From Brevibacterium luteolum (lineage in GTDB: Bacteria; Actinomycetota; Actinomycetes; Actinomycetales; Brevibacteriaceae), in assembly GCF_013004595.1 (NCBI RefSeq), contig NZ_JABEMC010000002.1:62001-126000 (forward strand): a DNA stretch of 64,000 bases. The letters run 5' to 3'. Every line of letters starts with the position of its first letter. Position 1 is the first letter of the stretch. The position numbers were made by a program, and so were the translations under genes. Positions 22,050-32,241 of the stretch are shown here, one piece after another. The notes below the pieces were generated by a model. That model did not search any database. It saw only the letters and a program-made list of their open reading frames with translations, and was not told the DNA's origin.

Positions 22050-22949
22050 ATGCCGTCTTCCCGCCGCCCGGACTTCACCCGTGTCGAAGCCGCCATAGAC
22101 TCGTGGGCAAACCAACGACTGGCAGCCGGAAATCTTGATCGCAGTGGGCGGTTGGGCCACATCATCACCGAGTTCACCGTCTTCGTCCTCAAACAGGCGT
22201 GGGCGTGCCTGTTCGGCGCGGCAATGCTGGCAGCGCTCGTCCTCACACACGTCTTCTACCCGGCCGAAGCCGGGCTGTCCCGCAGCGATGCACTCGTGCT
22301 CATCGCCATCGGCATCCAAGTGGTCATGGTGATCGGCCGACTCGAGACCGGCCGCGAGCTGTGGGTCATCGTCATCTTCCATGTCGTGGGCACTGGGATG
22401 GAGCTGTTCAAGACCTCCGTCGGCTCGTGGAGCTACGGAGGTGACGGCCTGCTATTCATCGGCTCAGTCCCGCTGTACACCGGGTTCATGTACGCTGCCG
22501 TCGGCTCCTACCTCGTGCGCGTCTTCAAGCTCTTCCACCTGCGCTTCAGCCACTATCCGCCGATCTGGCTGACGGCCCTCATCGCCGCAGCGATCTACGC
22601 GAACTTCTTCACCCACCACTACCTGCCCGACATCCGCTGGCTGCTCGTCGCCGCGGTCCTCCTCGTGTGGGGACGGTGCATGATGCACTTCCGCAACCAC
22701 CGCGATCAGCCGTACCGCCGGATGCCGGTGCTCGTCTCATTCATCGGGGTGGCCTTCTTCATCTGGATCGCCGAGAACATCGGCACCTACACCGGCTCGT
22801 GGATCTATCCGCACCAGAACGACGGCTGGGAGCTCGTCTCGATCTCCAAGCTGGTCGCCTGGTTCCTGCTCATGATCATCTCCGTCGTCCTCGTCACCCT
22901 CGTCTACCGGCCCCAGCCACCAACGCCGGATACCGGCACCCGGACGTGA
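22050..22949 (+). CDS. DUF817-family membrane protein
   Basis: KQAWACLFG, VPLYTGFMYAAVGSY, FFIWIAENIGT..WIYPHQ. Confidence 0.8.
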   Translation: MPSSRRPDFTRVEAAIDSWANQRLAAGNLDRSGRLGHIITEFTVFVLKQAWACLFGAAMLAALVLTHVFYPAEAGLSRSDALVLIAIGIQVVMVIGRLETGRELWVIVIFHVVGTGMELFKTSVGSWSYGGDGLLFIGSVPLYTGFMYAAVGSYLVRVFKLFHLRFSHYPPIWLTALIAAAIYANFFTHHYLPDIRWLLVAAVLLVWGRCMMHFRNHRDQPYRRMPVLVSFIGVAFFIWIAENIGTYTGSWIYPHQNDGWELVSISKLVAWFLLMIISVVLVTLVYRPQPPTPDTGTRT

Positions 22950-23017
22950 CAACGGCGGCCCCACCTCGGGAACGGGAAGATGCCGTCTGAGGTGGAGCCG
23001 CCGGTGCTGTGGTCAGG

Positions 23018-24040
<1,023 letters not shown>

Positions 24041-24166
24041 GGGCTTCTCCTTCGACGAGCAGGGATGGACGCATGGTCGGTCGTACTCCCGATCTTGTCA
24101 CCTCAGGGTCCGTATTGCCACATGTGCATCGGCTGCAGGCGGGCGGTTCCGGGCTAAAGTCGAACC

Positions 24167-25561
24167 ATGACCTCTTCTCCCCCGCCCTCCGGCGGCCCGG
24201 CCCCGGAGCAGACCGCCGCAGCACAGATGCAGGCCGGCACCGCAGCCGGCCCGACCCCGCGCGGGGGCTCGCGCACGGCGATCGCCGCGTGGGCGCTGTG
24301 GGATTGGGGTTCGGCTGCGTTCAACGCCGTCATCATCACCTTCGTCTTCGCCCCGTATCTCACGAAGGCCGTCGCCTCGACCGAGGAGGCCGGCTCGAGT
24401 GCGCTCGGCTGGTCGATGGCCGGCGCAGGCCTCATCATCGCCCTCATCGCGCCGGCAGCCGGCACCCGCGCTGATGCCGGCGGGCGGCACAAGATGTGGC
24501 TGGGCATCCACACGCTCATCGTCATCGCGAGCATGGCCGGCATGTTCTGGGTCAAGGACACCCCCGACCACCTCGCCCTCGGGCTCATCCTGCTGGCCGT
24601 CGGCAGCATCTTCTTCGAGTTCGCCGAGGTCTCCTACAACGGGCTCATGATCCGCATCACGACACCGGCGAACATCGGCAAGGTCTCCGGATTCGGCTGG
24701 GGCATGGGCTATGTCGGCGGGCTCGTACTCCTCGTCATCCTGCTCTTCACCGTCATCCAGCCCGAGGTCGGGATCTTCGGCGCCACGGATGCCGAGGGCC
24801 TGCGCTACCGGATCGTCGCGGTGATCTCCGCGGTGTGGTTCCTGCTGTTTGCGATCCCCGTCTTCCTCTTCGCACCCGGTGCCGCCGACACGGCAGCCAT
24901 GCGCGAACAGGGCAATCCGGTCGTCGCCTTCGCCCGTGACTACAAGGCACTGGTCATCCGGCTGGTGACGATGTGGCGCGATGAGCGCCGGACGCTGAAG
25001 TTCTTCATCGCCTCGGCCGTGTTCCGCGACGGGCTGGCGGCCATCTTCGCCTTCGCAGGCGTCCTGGCAGCTGGCTCCTACGGGTTCTCCCCCGCTGATG
25101 TCATCATCCTCGGCGTCGCAGCCAACATCGTCGCCGGCATCGGGTCGGTCCTCGCCGGGTTCCTCGATGACCGGTTCGGGCCCAAGAGCGTCATCATCGG
25201 CGGGCTCATCGTCCTCATCGTCGCCGGCACCCCGATCGTCTTCACCGACAGCGTCACCGTGTTCTGGGTGTGCGCCATGGTGCTGAGCTTCTGCGTGGGG
25301 CCGGTGCAGGCGGCCAGCCGCTCCTTCCTCGCCCGCATCACCCCGCCGGAGAAGGCCGGAGAGAACTTCGGCCTCTACGCCACCACCGGCCGGGCCGTCA
25401 GCTTCTTAGGCCCGGCGATGTTCGCCGTGTCCATCGCGATCTTCGGCTTCCAGCGCGCCGGAGTCATCGGCATCATCGCCGTGCTGGCCCTCGGGCTCAT
25501 CCTCGTCATCCCCGTCCCCGAAGGCTCCGCCAAGGCGGCGACCGGACGCCGGGACACCTGA
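24167..25561 (+). CDS. MFS transporter (UMF1/Atg22-like)
   Basis: WALWDWGSAAF, SGFGWGMGYVGG, FGLYATTGRAVSFLGP; multiple TM segments. Confidence 0.88.
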   Translation: MTSSPPPSGGPAPEQTAAAQMQAGTAAGPTPRGGSRTAIAAWALWDWGSAAFNAVIITFVFAPYLTKAVASTEEAGSSALGWSMAGAGLIIALIAPAAGTRADAGGRHKMWLGIHTLIVIASMAGMFWVKDTPDHLALGLILLAVGSIFFEFAEVSYNGLMIRITTPANIGKVSGFGWGMGYVGGLVLLVILLFTVIQPEVGIFGATDAEGLRYRIVAVISAVWFLLFAIPVFLFAPGAADTAAMREQGNPVVAFARDYKALVIRLVTMWRDERRTLKFFIASAVFRDGLAAIFAFAGVLAAGSYGFSPADVIILGVAANIVAGIGSVLAGFLDDRFGPKSVIIGGLIVLIVAGTPIVFTDSVTVFWVCAMVLSFCVGPVQAASRSFLARITPPEKAGENFGLYATTGRAVSFLGPAMFAVSIAIFGFQRAGVIGIIAVLALGLILVIPVPEGSAKAATGRRDT

Positions 25562-25688
25562 CCACCGCCTCGGGCGCGGCCACAAGCCGAGACCAGCCCT
25601 CCTGCCGCCAGCCGATCGAGTTGTGAGACCTCAGCCACAGGCTTAGACTGAACGCACGCTCACTTATCGAACGATCGAGGTAGTTCTT

Positions 25689-26882
25689 ATGGATCATCTG
25701 CTCAGCCCGGAAGAGCTCGATTTCGCCCATCAGATGCGCGAGTTCTTCCGCACCGAAATCCCGGAGGAAATCCGCTACCGCCAGGCCATCGGCCAGGAGC
25801 TTTCCAAAGAGGACATCGTCACCAGCCAGCGCATCCTCAACAAGCACGGCTACGCGGTGCCGAACTGGCCGGTCGAATGGGGTGGCCAGGACTGGACGCC
25901 CGTGCAGCGCCACATCTGGCTTGAGGAGATGCAGCTGGCCTCCGTGCCGACTCCGCTGCCGTTCAACACCGCGATGGTCGGCCCGGTGATCGCGACGTTC
26001 GGCTCCCGGGAGCTCAAGGAGCGCTTCCTGCCGGCCACAGCCAACATCGACATCTGGTGGTCCCAGGGCTTCTCCGAGCCCAACGCCGGCTCCGACCTCG
26101 CCTCGGTCAAGACCTCGGCCGTGCGCAAGGGCGATGTCTACATCGTCAACGGCCAGAAGACCTGGACGACGCTCGGCCAGTACGGCGACTGGATCTTCAA
26201 CCTCGTGCGCACCGACCCGGATGCCAAGAAGCAGGCCGGCATCTCGTTCCTGCTCATCGACATGAAGTCCCCCGGTGTCACCGTCCGCCCGATCGAGCTC
26301 ATCGACGGCGGCCACGAGGTCAACGAAGTGTTCTTCGACAACGTCGAGGTCCCCGTCGAGAATCTCGTCGGCGAAGAGAACAAGGGCTGGACGTACGCGA
26401 AGTTCCTGCTCGGCAACGAGCGCACCGGCATCGCCCGGATCGGCGACTCGAAGGTCGCACTGGCCCGCGTCAAGGCCTACGCCGCGGCCACCAAGACCTC
26501 CCGCGGCACGCTGCTCGACGACCCGCTGTTCGCCGCCCGCCTGACGAAGGTCGAAGCCGAACTCACCGCGCTCGAGTTCACCCAGCTGCGGATCCTCTCG
26601 ACCCAGGTCGCAGGCGATGACAAGCCGGATCCGCGCTCCTCGGTGCTCAAGCTGCGCGGCTCGATGATCCAGCAGGACATCTCCGAGCTCATGATGGACG
26701 TGCTCGGCCCGCAGGGCATCGACTTCGTCGACAGCCGCGAGGTGCCCACCGGCTTCACGACCCTGCCTCCGGGTGCTGTCGATGCCGGCCCGCACTACTA
26801 CAACTACCGCAAGGTCACCATCTACGGCGGCTCCTCGGAAGTCCAGCGCTCGATCATCTCGAAGGCTCTGCTCGGACTCTGA
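25689..26882 (+). CDS. Acyl-CoA dehydrogenase (PimC-like subunit)
   Basis: QGFSEPNAGSDLA, NGQKTWT, EVFFDNV, TIYGGSSEVQR. Confidence 0.92.
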   Translation: MDHLLSPEELDFAHQMREFFRTEIPEEIRYRQAIGQELSKEDIVTSQRILNKHGYAVPNWPVEWGGQDWTPVQRHIWLEEMQLASVPTPLPFNTAMVGPVIATFGSRELKERFLPATANIDIWWSQGFSEPNAGSDLASVKTSAVRKGDVYIVNGQKTWTTLGQYGDWIFNLVRTDPDAKKQAGISFLLIDMKSPGVTVRPIELIDGGHEVNEVFFDNVEVPVENLVGEENKGWTYAKFLLGNERTGIARIGDSKVALARVKAYAAATKTSRGTLLDDPLFAARLTKVEAELTALEFTQLRILSTQVAGDDKPDPRSSVLKLRGSMIQQDISELMMDVLGPQGIDFVDSREVPTGFTTLPPGAVDAGPHYYNYRKVTIYGGSSEVQRSIISKALLGL

Positions 26883-26919
26883 TCCGCAGGCTCGACTCTT
26901 TCACCACTAGGAGAACTCA

Positions 26920-28062
26920 ATGGATCTCGAACTCACAGACGTCCAGCAGGAGCTTGCCTCGACCGTCGGCCGCCTGCTTTCCACCAAATACGACGCCGCC
27001 GCCCGCGACGAGGTGCTCGCCTCCGAAGCCGGCTACAGCGCGGACATGTGGAACCAGTTCGCTGAGATCGGCCTGCTCGGCCTGCCGATCGACGAAGACT
27101 ACGACGGCGCCGACATGGGATTTGCCGAAGTCGCCGTCGTCATGGAGCAGTTCGGCCGCGCACTGACCTTGGAGCCGTACCTGGCCACCGTCGTGCTCGG
27201 TGCCGGGCTCATCACCGCCGTCGGCACCGACGAGCAGAAGTCGGAGCTGCTGCCCGGCGTGGCCGCCGGTGAGACGAAGCTGGCGTTCGCCGCCTACGAA
27301 CCGGCCGGACGCTACGATCTCACGCAGCCGGGCACCACCGCCTCGGTCTCGGAGTCCGGCGGAACGCTGACCGGCGAGAAGTCCGGGGTGCTCGGACTCG
27401 GAGCCGCTGACCGGCTCATCGTCTCCGCTGCCGTCGACGGCGGGGTGGGCCTGTTCCTCGTCGACCCGGCTGCCGAGGGTGTGACGATCGACGTGCGTAC
27501 GCAGGCCGATGGCCACAAGGCCGGCTCGGTGCTCTTCGACAGCGCCCCGGCCACCCGCCTGGGCGAAGGCGATGCTTCAGAAGCAATCGCTGCCGTCATC
27601 GACACCGCCAACGCCGCCCTGTGCGCCGAGGCCGTTGGCGCGATGGAGGCCTCGCTGAAGATGACCGCGGAGTACCTGCACACCCGCGAGCAGTTCGGCT
27701 TCCCGATCGGCCGCAACCAGGTCCTGCAGCACCGGGCAGCCGACCTGTACGCCACGCTCGAGTACGCCAAGAGCATGGCCCTGTACGCCAAGCTCGCCGT
27801 CATCGAGAACAACCCGCAGACCCGCCACCGGGACGTCATCGCAGCCAAGCTCGTCATCGACGACGCCTGCCGGCACATCAGCCAGGAGGCGATCCAGATG
27901 CACGGCGGCATCGGCATGACGATGGAGTACCCGATCGGCCACTACGCCAAGCGGCTGACGGTCATTCCGCGCACCTTCGACGAAGCCGACGCCTTGAGCG
28001 CCGAGCTTGCCGAGATGGGCGGGCTCATCGAAGCCCGCGCAGCCGACCTGCAGGCCGGCTGA
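26920..28062 (+). CDS. Acyl-CoA dehydrogenase (PimD-like partner subunit)
   Basis: REQFGFPIG..QVLQHR, IQMHGGIGMTMEY; tandem with the previous gene. Confidence 0.9.
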   Translation: MDLELTDVQQELASTVGRLLSTKYDAAARDEVLASEAGYSADMWNQFAEIGLLGLPIDEDYDGADMGFAEVAVVMEQFGRALTLEPYLATVVLGAGLITAVGTDEQKSELLPGVAAGETKLAFAAYEPAGRYDLTQPGTTASVSESGGTLTGEKSGVLGLGAADRLIVSAAVDGGVGLFLVDPAAEGVTIDVRTQADGHKAGSVLFDSAPATRLGEGDASEAIAAVIDTANAALCAEAVGAMEASLKMTAEYLHTREQFGFPIGRNQVLQHRAADLYATLEYAKSMALYAKLAVIENNPQTRHRDVIAAKLVIDDACRHISQEAIQMHGGIGMTMEYPIGHYAKRLTVIPRTFDEADALSAELAEMGGLIEARAADLQAG

Positions 28063-28112
28063 GACCGCGGGCGGCAGACCGAGACTCCCTGCCTGACCCG
28101 CGCGCTCCCCTG

Positions 28113-28152
28113 AACCGACCCCGAGGTGGTGAGAACCGCCTCGGGGTCGGTT
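28113..28152. terminator. Long hairpin (terminator or REP-like)
   Basis: aaccgaccccgaggtggt-gaga-accgcctcggggtcggtt. Confidence 0.65.
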
Positions 28153-28252
28153 GCTGCGCAGACGATGGGCACGGTGGCTGCCGGCGGTGAGTTCGGTTAG
28201 GTTGAGGAGTGCACTGCGCTGCCGCCAGTGATGACCCACTGAAGGAACCGCG

Positions 28253-29473
28253 ATGACCCTGCCCCGGATTTCTGCGACCCGCCACCTGGCAGTCGTCGTC
28301 CTGCTCGTCCTCACCGTCCTGCTCACCGGCTGCATGAAGATCAACGGCGACCTCGCCATCAGCAGGGACCTGATGGTCTCCGGCACCGTCGACGCACTCA
28401 TCGAGCGCACTGCCGTTGAAGACCTCAGCGCATTCGACTCCAGCACCTACGGCTCAGGCACCGGCGACGCTGACACCCTGATCGATGAGTCGATCGAAAG
28501 GGCACGGCAGACCCTGCCTGCAGGTGTCACGGTGGAGAAGATCGCCGATGAGCAGTACATCGGGGCGCGCTACACCTACGATGCGGTCGACCCCAGCCAT
28601 ACCGCGGTGGAGGACTTCGGCCTCAGCGGACTGCACCTCAGTGACCAGGACGACGAGATCACCCTGCGCATGCCCAACTTCCTCCTCATCGATGACGTCG
28701 GCCCCAGCTATGGGTCCGCCGGCTGGAGTCATGCTCCCGGCCGGTTCATGTTCGATCAGGCGAAGATGACGTTCACGTTCCCCGGTCGTGTCGTCAGCGC
28801 ACCCGGCGGCGAGGTCAAGGGGAAGACGGTGACGTTCGACCTGCGGCAATTCTCAGGCGACACCGTCACGGTGACGGCGAAGGCCTCGTCGTTTCCCTGG
28901 TGGGTCCTGTTCGTCGTCGGCGGGGTGCTCGTGCTGCTCATCGTGGCCGGAGTCATCATCGCCGTCATCGCGCGCAAGAAGCGTCAGCGGCAGGCGATGC
29001 CGCCTGCGCCTGGTTACGGTGGGCCCGGTTACGGTGGGCCCGGTTATGGAGCAGGTCCCTGGATGCCAGGGCCGGGAGGACCCGGATACGGCGGGCAAGG
29101 GTACGGTTCAGCAGGACCGGGGCCTGCAGGTCCCGGGTATCCCGGGCCGGTGGGTGCTGCAGGTCCGCCGCCAGCTGGGCCCGGTGCGGGCCCGCCGCAG
29201 AATCAGCCGATGCCCCCGCACGCTCAGCCGGGGACCTATGGTCAGCCCACCCCATATACGTCTGGTCCTGCGCACCAGCCGGGCCAGCCTCATTCGGGAG
29301 CTGCGCATCCGGGGCCGGCACAGCCGGGGCAGCCAGGTATGCCGCACCCAGGGCCTGCGCAGCCGGGACCGGGGCAGCCGGGCCCAGGGCCTGAGTCGGC
29401 TGCGCCGAATGACCACCGTCGTTTTGCCCCACCCGAATCGCGCACGCACATGAAACGGTCGGGCGCAGACTGA
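28253..29473 (+). CDS. LppM/DUF3153-like lipoprotein with C-terminal TM helix and Pro/Gly/Gln-rich tail
   Basis: Lipobox LTGC, TFPGRV..APGG, SSFPWWVLFV TM helix, RKKR stop-transfer. Confidence 0.7.
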   Translation: MTLPRISATRHLAVVVLLVLTVLLTGCMKINGDLAISRDLMVSGTVDALIERTAVEDLSAFDSSTYGSGTGDADTLIDESIERARQTLPAGVTVEKIADEQYIGARYTYDAVDPSHTAVEDFGLSGLHLSDQDDEITLRMPNFLLIDDVGPSYGSAGWSHAPGRFMFDQAKMTFTFPGRVVSAPGGEVKGKTVTFDLRQFSGDTVTVTAKASSFPWWVLFVVGGVLVLLIVAGVIIAVIARKKRQRQAMPPAPGYGGPGYGGPGYGAGPWMPGPGGPGYGGQGYGSAGPGPAGPGYPGPVGAAGPPPAGPGAGPPQNQPMPPHAQPGTYGQPTPYTSGPAHQPGQPHSGAAHPGPAQPGQPGMPHPGPAQPGPGQPGPGPESAAPNDHRRFAPPESRTHMKRSGAD

Positions 29474-29496
29474 TACCTCCTGCAACGATGCACCAC

Positions 29497-29534
29497 ATGT
29501 AGCTCATGGTCTTATCAAGCTACATCGCTACAAT
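29497..29534 (+). promoter_or_regulatory. Inverted-repeat operator and -10 box of the TA operon
   Basis: ATGTAGCT-N13-AGCTACAT (29497-29525), then TACAAT (29529-29534) and GGAGG before ATG 29554. Confidence 0.6.
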
Positions 29535-29553
29535 AGCGTGGAGGAGGGCCGCC

Positions 29554-30177
29554 ATGACCATCAGCAGTTCAGACCAGTTTCACGTCAGCGATGTCAACGA
29601 CCACCTCGAGGTCGTAGGAGCCAGCAAGGAAGAATTGGAGCAAGCTTTCGCTCTGATCCGGGCCAGTCGGCACAAGAAAGTCGAAGCTCGGGCTGCTTTC
29701 GCGTCCTACGTCCGCCAGACGATGTTCGACGAGAGCGCAGCGCTCATTTCGCTTGCATCGCAGAAGCAGGTCCAACGAAGCGCGGGCCTCCGGCAGCACC
29801 TCATGGACGTCGAGGGCTTCGAAACCTATGCTTCTCTGGCAGAAACACGCAACTCTCTGGAGAGCTCTGTTCGCACGTGGGTTTCGCGGAAGCGGAAGCG
29901 CAATGAGCTGTTCACCATCGAGCTCAATGGGGCCACCATGATTCCCACGGTTCAGCTCACGAGCTCAGGTGATGAGGACCCTCGCATTGTCGAACTCATG
30001 CGCCCCCTCCTCGACGCCGGCCTCGACGGCTGGTCACTCTGGGCATGGCTCACACAGCCGAACGGGCTGCTCAGTGGAGAAGTTCCAGCCGAAGTGGTGA
30101 AGACCAACACTCGACGAGCGGTACGAGCCGCGGACCGCTACGCGGCTGAGATCCGGCGCGCGACGGAAAGCGCATGA
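29554..30177 (+). CDS. Putative antitoxin with Xre/MbcA/ParS-like C-terminal toxin-binding domain
   Basis: HTH-like segment (YASLAETRNSLESSVRTWV) and WAWLTQPNGLLSGEVPAEV; ATGA overlap with the RES gene. Confidence 0.7.
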   Translation: MTISSSDQFHVSDVNDHLEVVGASKEELEQAFALIRASRHKKVEARAAFASYVRQTMFDESAALISLASQKQVQRSAGLRQHLMDVEGFETYASLAETRNSLESSVRTWVSRKRKRNELFTIELNGATMIPTVQLTSSGDEDPRIVELMRPLLDAGLDGWSLWAWLTQPNGLLSGEVPAEVVKTNTRRAVRAADRYAAEIRRATESA

Positions 30178-30908
30178 CCCGCATCTTCCCTCCCCAAGAC
30201 CTACAATGTCCTGACCCGAAGAGATGCACGGTAGCCGCTATTGAACTCAGTGGTCTAGCAGAAGCTGGCGACCTGCCTATCGTCACTATCCCGAAAACGC
30301 GGCACTGGTATTGGGTCTACGACACGCAGGACGGGTACAGCCACCCAAACCCTGGTTTCGGAGACACGAGGTTCGCACCATTCGATGCACTCGACACACA
30401 GGAGCGTGTTCCGACGCTCTACCTCGCTGAATCACTTTCTGCAGCACTACTCGAAACCAGCTTCCATGACGTTCATACGCAGACACCGCGAGTCGTGTCG
30501 GAACTATCGCTGCACGACAAACTGCACGCTCGGCTCATTCCGCCCTGTGATGTGGAGCTGACCGATCTTCGGGACTCCCAGCTGAGCCGACTCGGCTACA
30601 CGCGACCTCAGCTTGCGAGCAGCTCACCCGAGCACTATCCGTGCACGCGCCGGGTGGCCCGGGCAGTTCACGCAGCTCCACAGAACTGTGCAGGAATCAT
30701 CTGGCATTCGCGCCAGGCGGAGCTCAGCAGCGCAGGTCCTGCTGAGGTGGCCGTTGTCTTCGCAGACCGCGTCGCGCATACACGCGGAGCCTGGAAGCTC
30801 GGCCCCTACCGAGACGCTTACGGTTCCCTTCTCGAAGGGACTGGCCGTCTCATCCTCGATGAGGTCGCTGAGACCCTCAACGTCACCATCTCGCAGATCG
30901 ATCTCTGA
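30174..30908 (+). CDS. RES-domain protein (putative NAD+-consuming toxin)
   Basis: TRFAPF..PTLYLAESLSAALLET, DLR, YPCTRR, GIIWHSRQ (R, E and S motifs). Confidence 0.8.
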   Translation: MTRIFPPQDLQCPDPKRCTVAAIELSGLAEAGDLPIVTIPKTRHWYWVYDTQDGYSHPNPGFGDTRFAPFDALDTQERVPTLYLAESLSAALLETSFHDVHTQTPRVVSELSLHDKLHARLIPPCDVELTDLRDSQLSRLGYTRPQLASSSPEHYPCTRRVARAVHAAPQNCAGIIWHSRQAELSSAGPAEVAVVFADRVAHTRGAWKLGPYRDAYGSLLEGTGRLILDEVAETLNVTISQIDL

Positions 30909-30940
30909 CCGCCTGCCGGCGCGGTCTCCCTGCACACGGC

Positions 30941-30972
30941 TGAGGGGCCCAGACGGCTGTCTGGACCCCTCA
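30941..30972. terminator. Hairpin between convergent genes
   Basis: tgaggggcccagac-ggct-gtctggacccctca. Confidence 0.6.
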
Positions 30973-31003
30973 ATGCTCAGCGCATGTCATGCGCGCTCAG
31001 CTC

Positions 31004-32116
31004 TCACTGTCGTGGTGGCTGCGGACCTGAACCATATCCGGGATTGCCGTAGCCCGGCTGTCCCGGGCCCTGCTGGGGCGGCTGTCCGAACTGCTGACCG
31101 GGCTGCCCCTGTCCCCACTGCGGTTGCGAACCACCCTGCTGCCCGTAGGACCCTGGTGCCGAACCGGGTGCCTGCGGTGGCTGCACGCGGCCGGGTCCAC
31201 CGGGCTGCCCCTGCTGAGGCGGCTGACCATACGGGCCAGGCTGGCTCTGCGGTCCGGGGTGTCCGTACTGGCCGGGAGCCGAAGGGCCGGCGCTGGGCTG
31301 TCCGTACTGGCTCTGATGACCGTACTGGCCGGGTACGCCGTAGGAGGCGGCAGCGGCGGGACCGCCCTGGTGCTGCTGTTGCTTCTTCTTCCGCGAGAGC
31401 AGGACGGCGAGCAGAATGCCGCCGCCGATGAGCAGCAGCAGAAGGATGCCGCCGATGACGAAGAGGACCCACCACGGGAAAGACGAGCTCTTCGCCTTGA
31501 CGGTGATGGTGTCGCCGTCGAAGCTCTTCAGGTCGTAGGTGACGACATTGTCCTCGATCTGACCACCGGGGGCGTCGATGATCTTGCCGGGGAACGTGAG
31601 CTTGACGGTGGCCTCGGTGAACAGACTGGCGGGATCGCCACCAGCGGTCTCGTATTCGCCGACACCGGATCCCAGATCGGAGGAGCGGATGAAGTTCGGC
31701 ATCGAGAACGAGATCTCGCCGTTCTCCTTGCTGATCGACAGGCCATCAAGACCAGTCTCAGTGCCGCCGGTCAGCGCATTCGGGTCGACCTTGTCGAGAA
31801 TGAGCTTCATGCCGAGGTCGGTGTCCGTGGAGATCTTCTCCACCGTCATCCCTTCAGGCGCCTCAGCCTCTGCTTCCCGGATGGACTCGTCGACATCGCC
31901 TTCATAGTCAGTCGACGTTCCGTAGCTGCCGTACTGGGAGGACTGGTCTTCGAGCATCTGCCGGTCGAACGTGTACTGCATGGTGCCGCTGAGCTTGAGG
32001 TCCTTGTCGATCTCCATGTCGAAGCTGACGGCCATGCATCCGGTGAGGACGAACCCCAGCAGAAGCATCAGGCCCACAGCCAGCGGCTTCGTCACACGGT
32101 CTGTCAGCGTCTTCAT
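31004..32116 (-). CDS. Second LppM/DUF3153-like lipoprotein with Pro/Gly/Gln-rich tail
   Basis: Lipobox LTGC, MPNF, TFPGKI..APGG, SSFPWWVLFV; clear paralogue of 28253..29473. Confidence 0.7.
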   Translation of the reverse strand: MKTLTDRVTKPLAVGLMLLLGFVLTGCMAVSFDMEIDKDLKLSGTMQYTFDRQMLEDQSSQYGSYGTSTDYEGDVDESIREAEAEAPEGMTVEKISTDTDLGMKLILDKVDPNALTGGTETGLDGLSISKENGEISFSMPNFIRSSDLGSGVGEYETAGGDPASLFTEATVKLTFPGKIIDAPGGQIEDNVVTYDLKSFDGDTITVKAKSSSFPWWVLFVIGGILLLLLIGGGILLAVLLSRKKKQQQHQGGPAAAASYGVPGQYGHQSQYGQPSAGPSAPGQYGHPGPQSQPGPYGQPPQQGQPGGPGRVQPPQAPGSAPGSYGQQGGSQPQWGQGQPGQQFGQPPQQGPGQPGYGNPGYGSGPQPPRQ

Positions 32117-32241
32117 GGGGCACCTCTCACGCATCGTCACCGCCACAGCTTCGCAGCGCTGGTCTCAACCTATCAGGACACATGCGGGCTCGCCATGCAT
32201 CGCTGTTCCAGTTTCGACACTCGGCATCGTTGCCGGCGACC

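Noticed and set aside
28995..29400. Repeats such as ggttacggtgggccc in the LppM-like tail as a separate DNA element
   Set aside because: Explained by in-frame PGYGG and PGQ peptide repeats.
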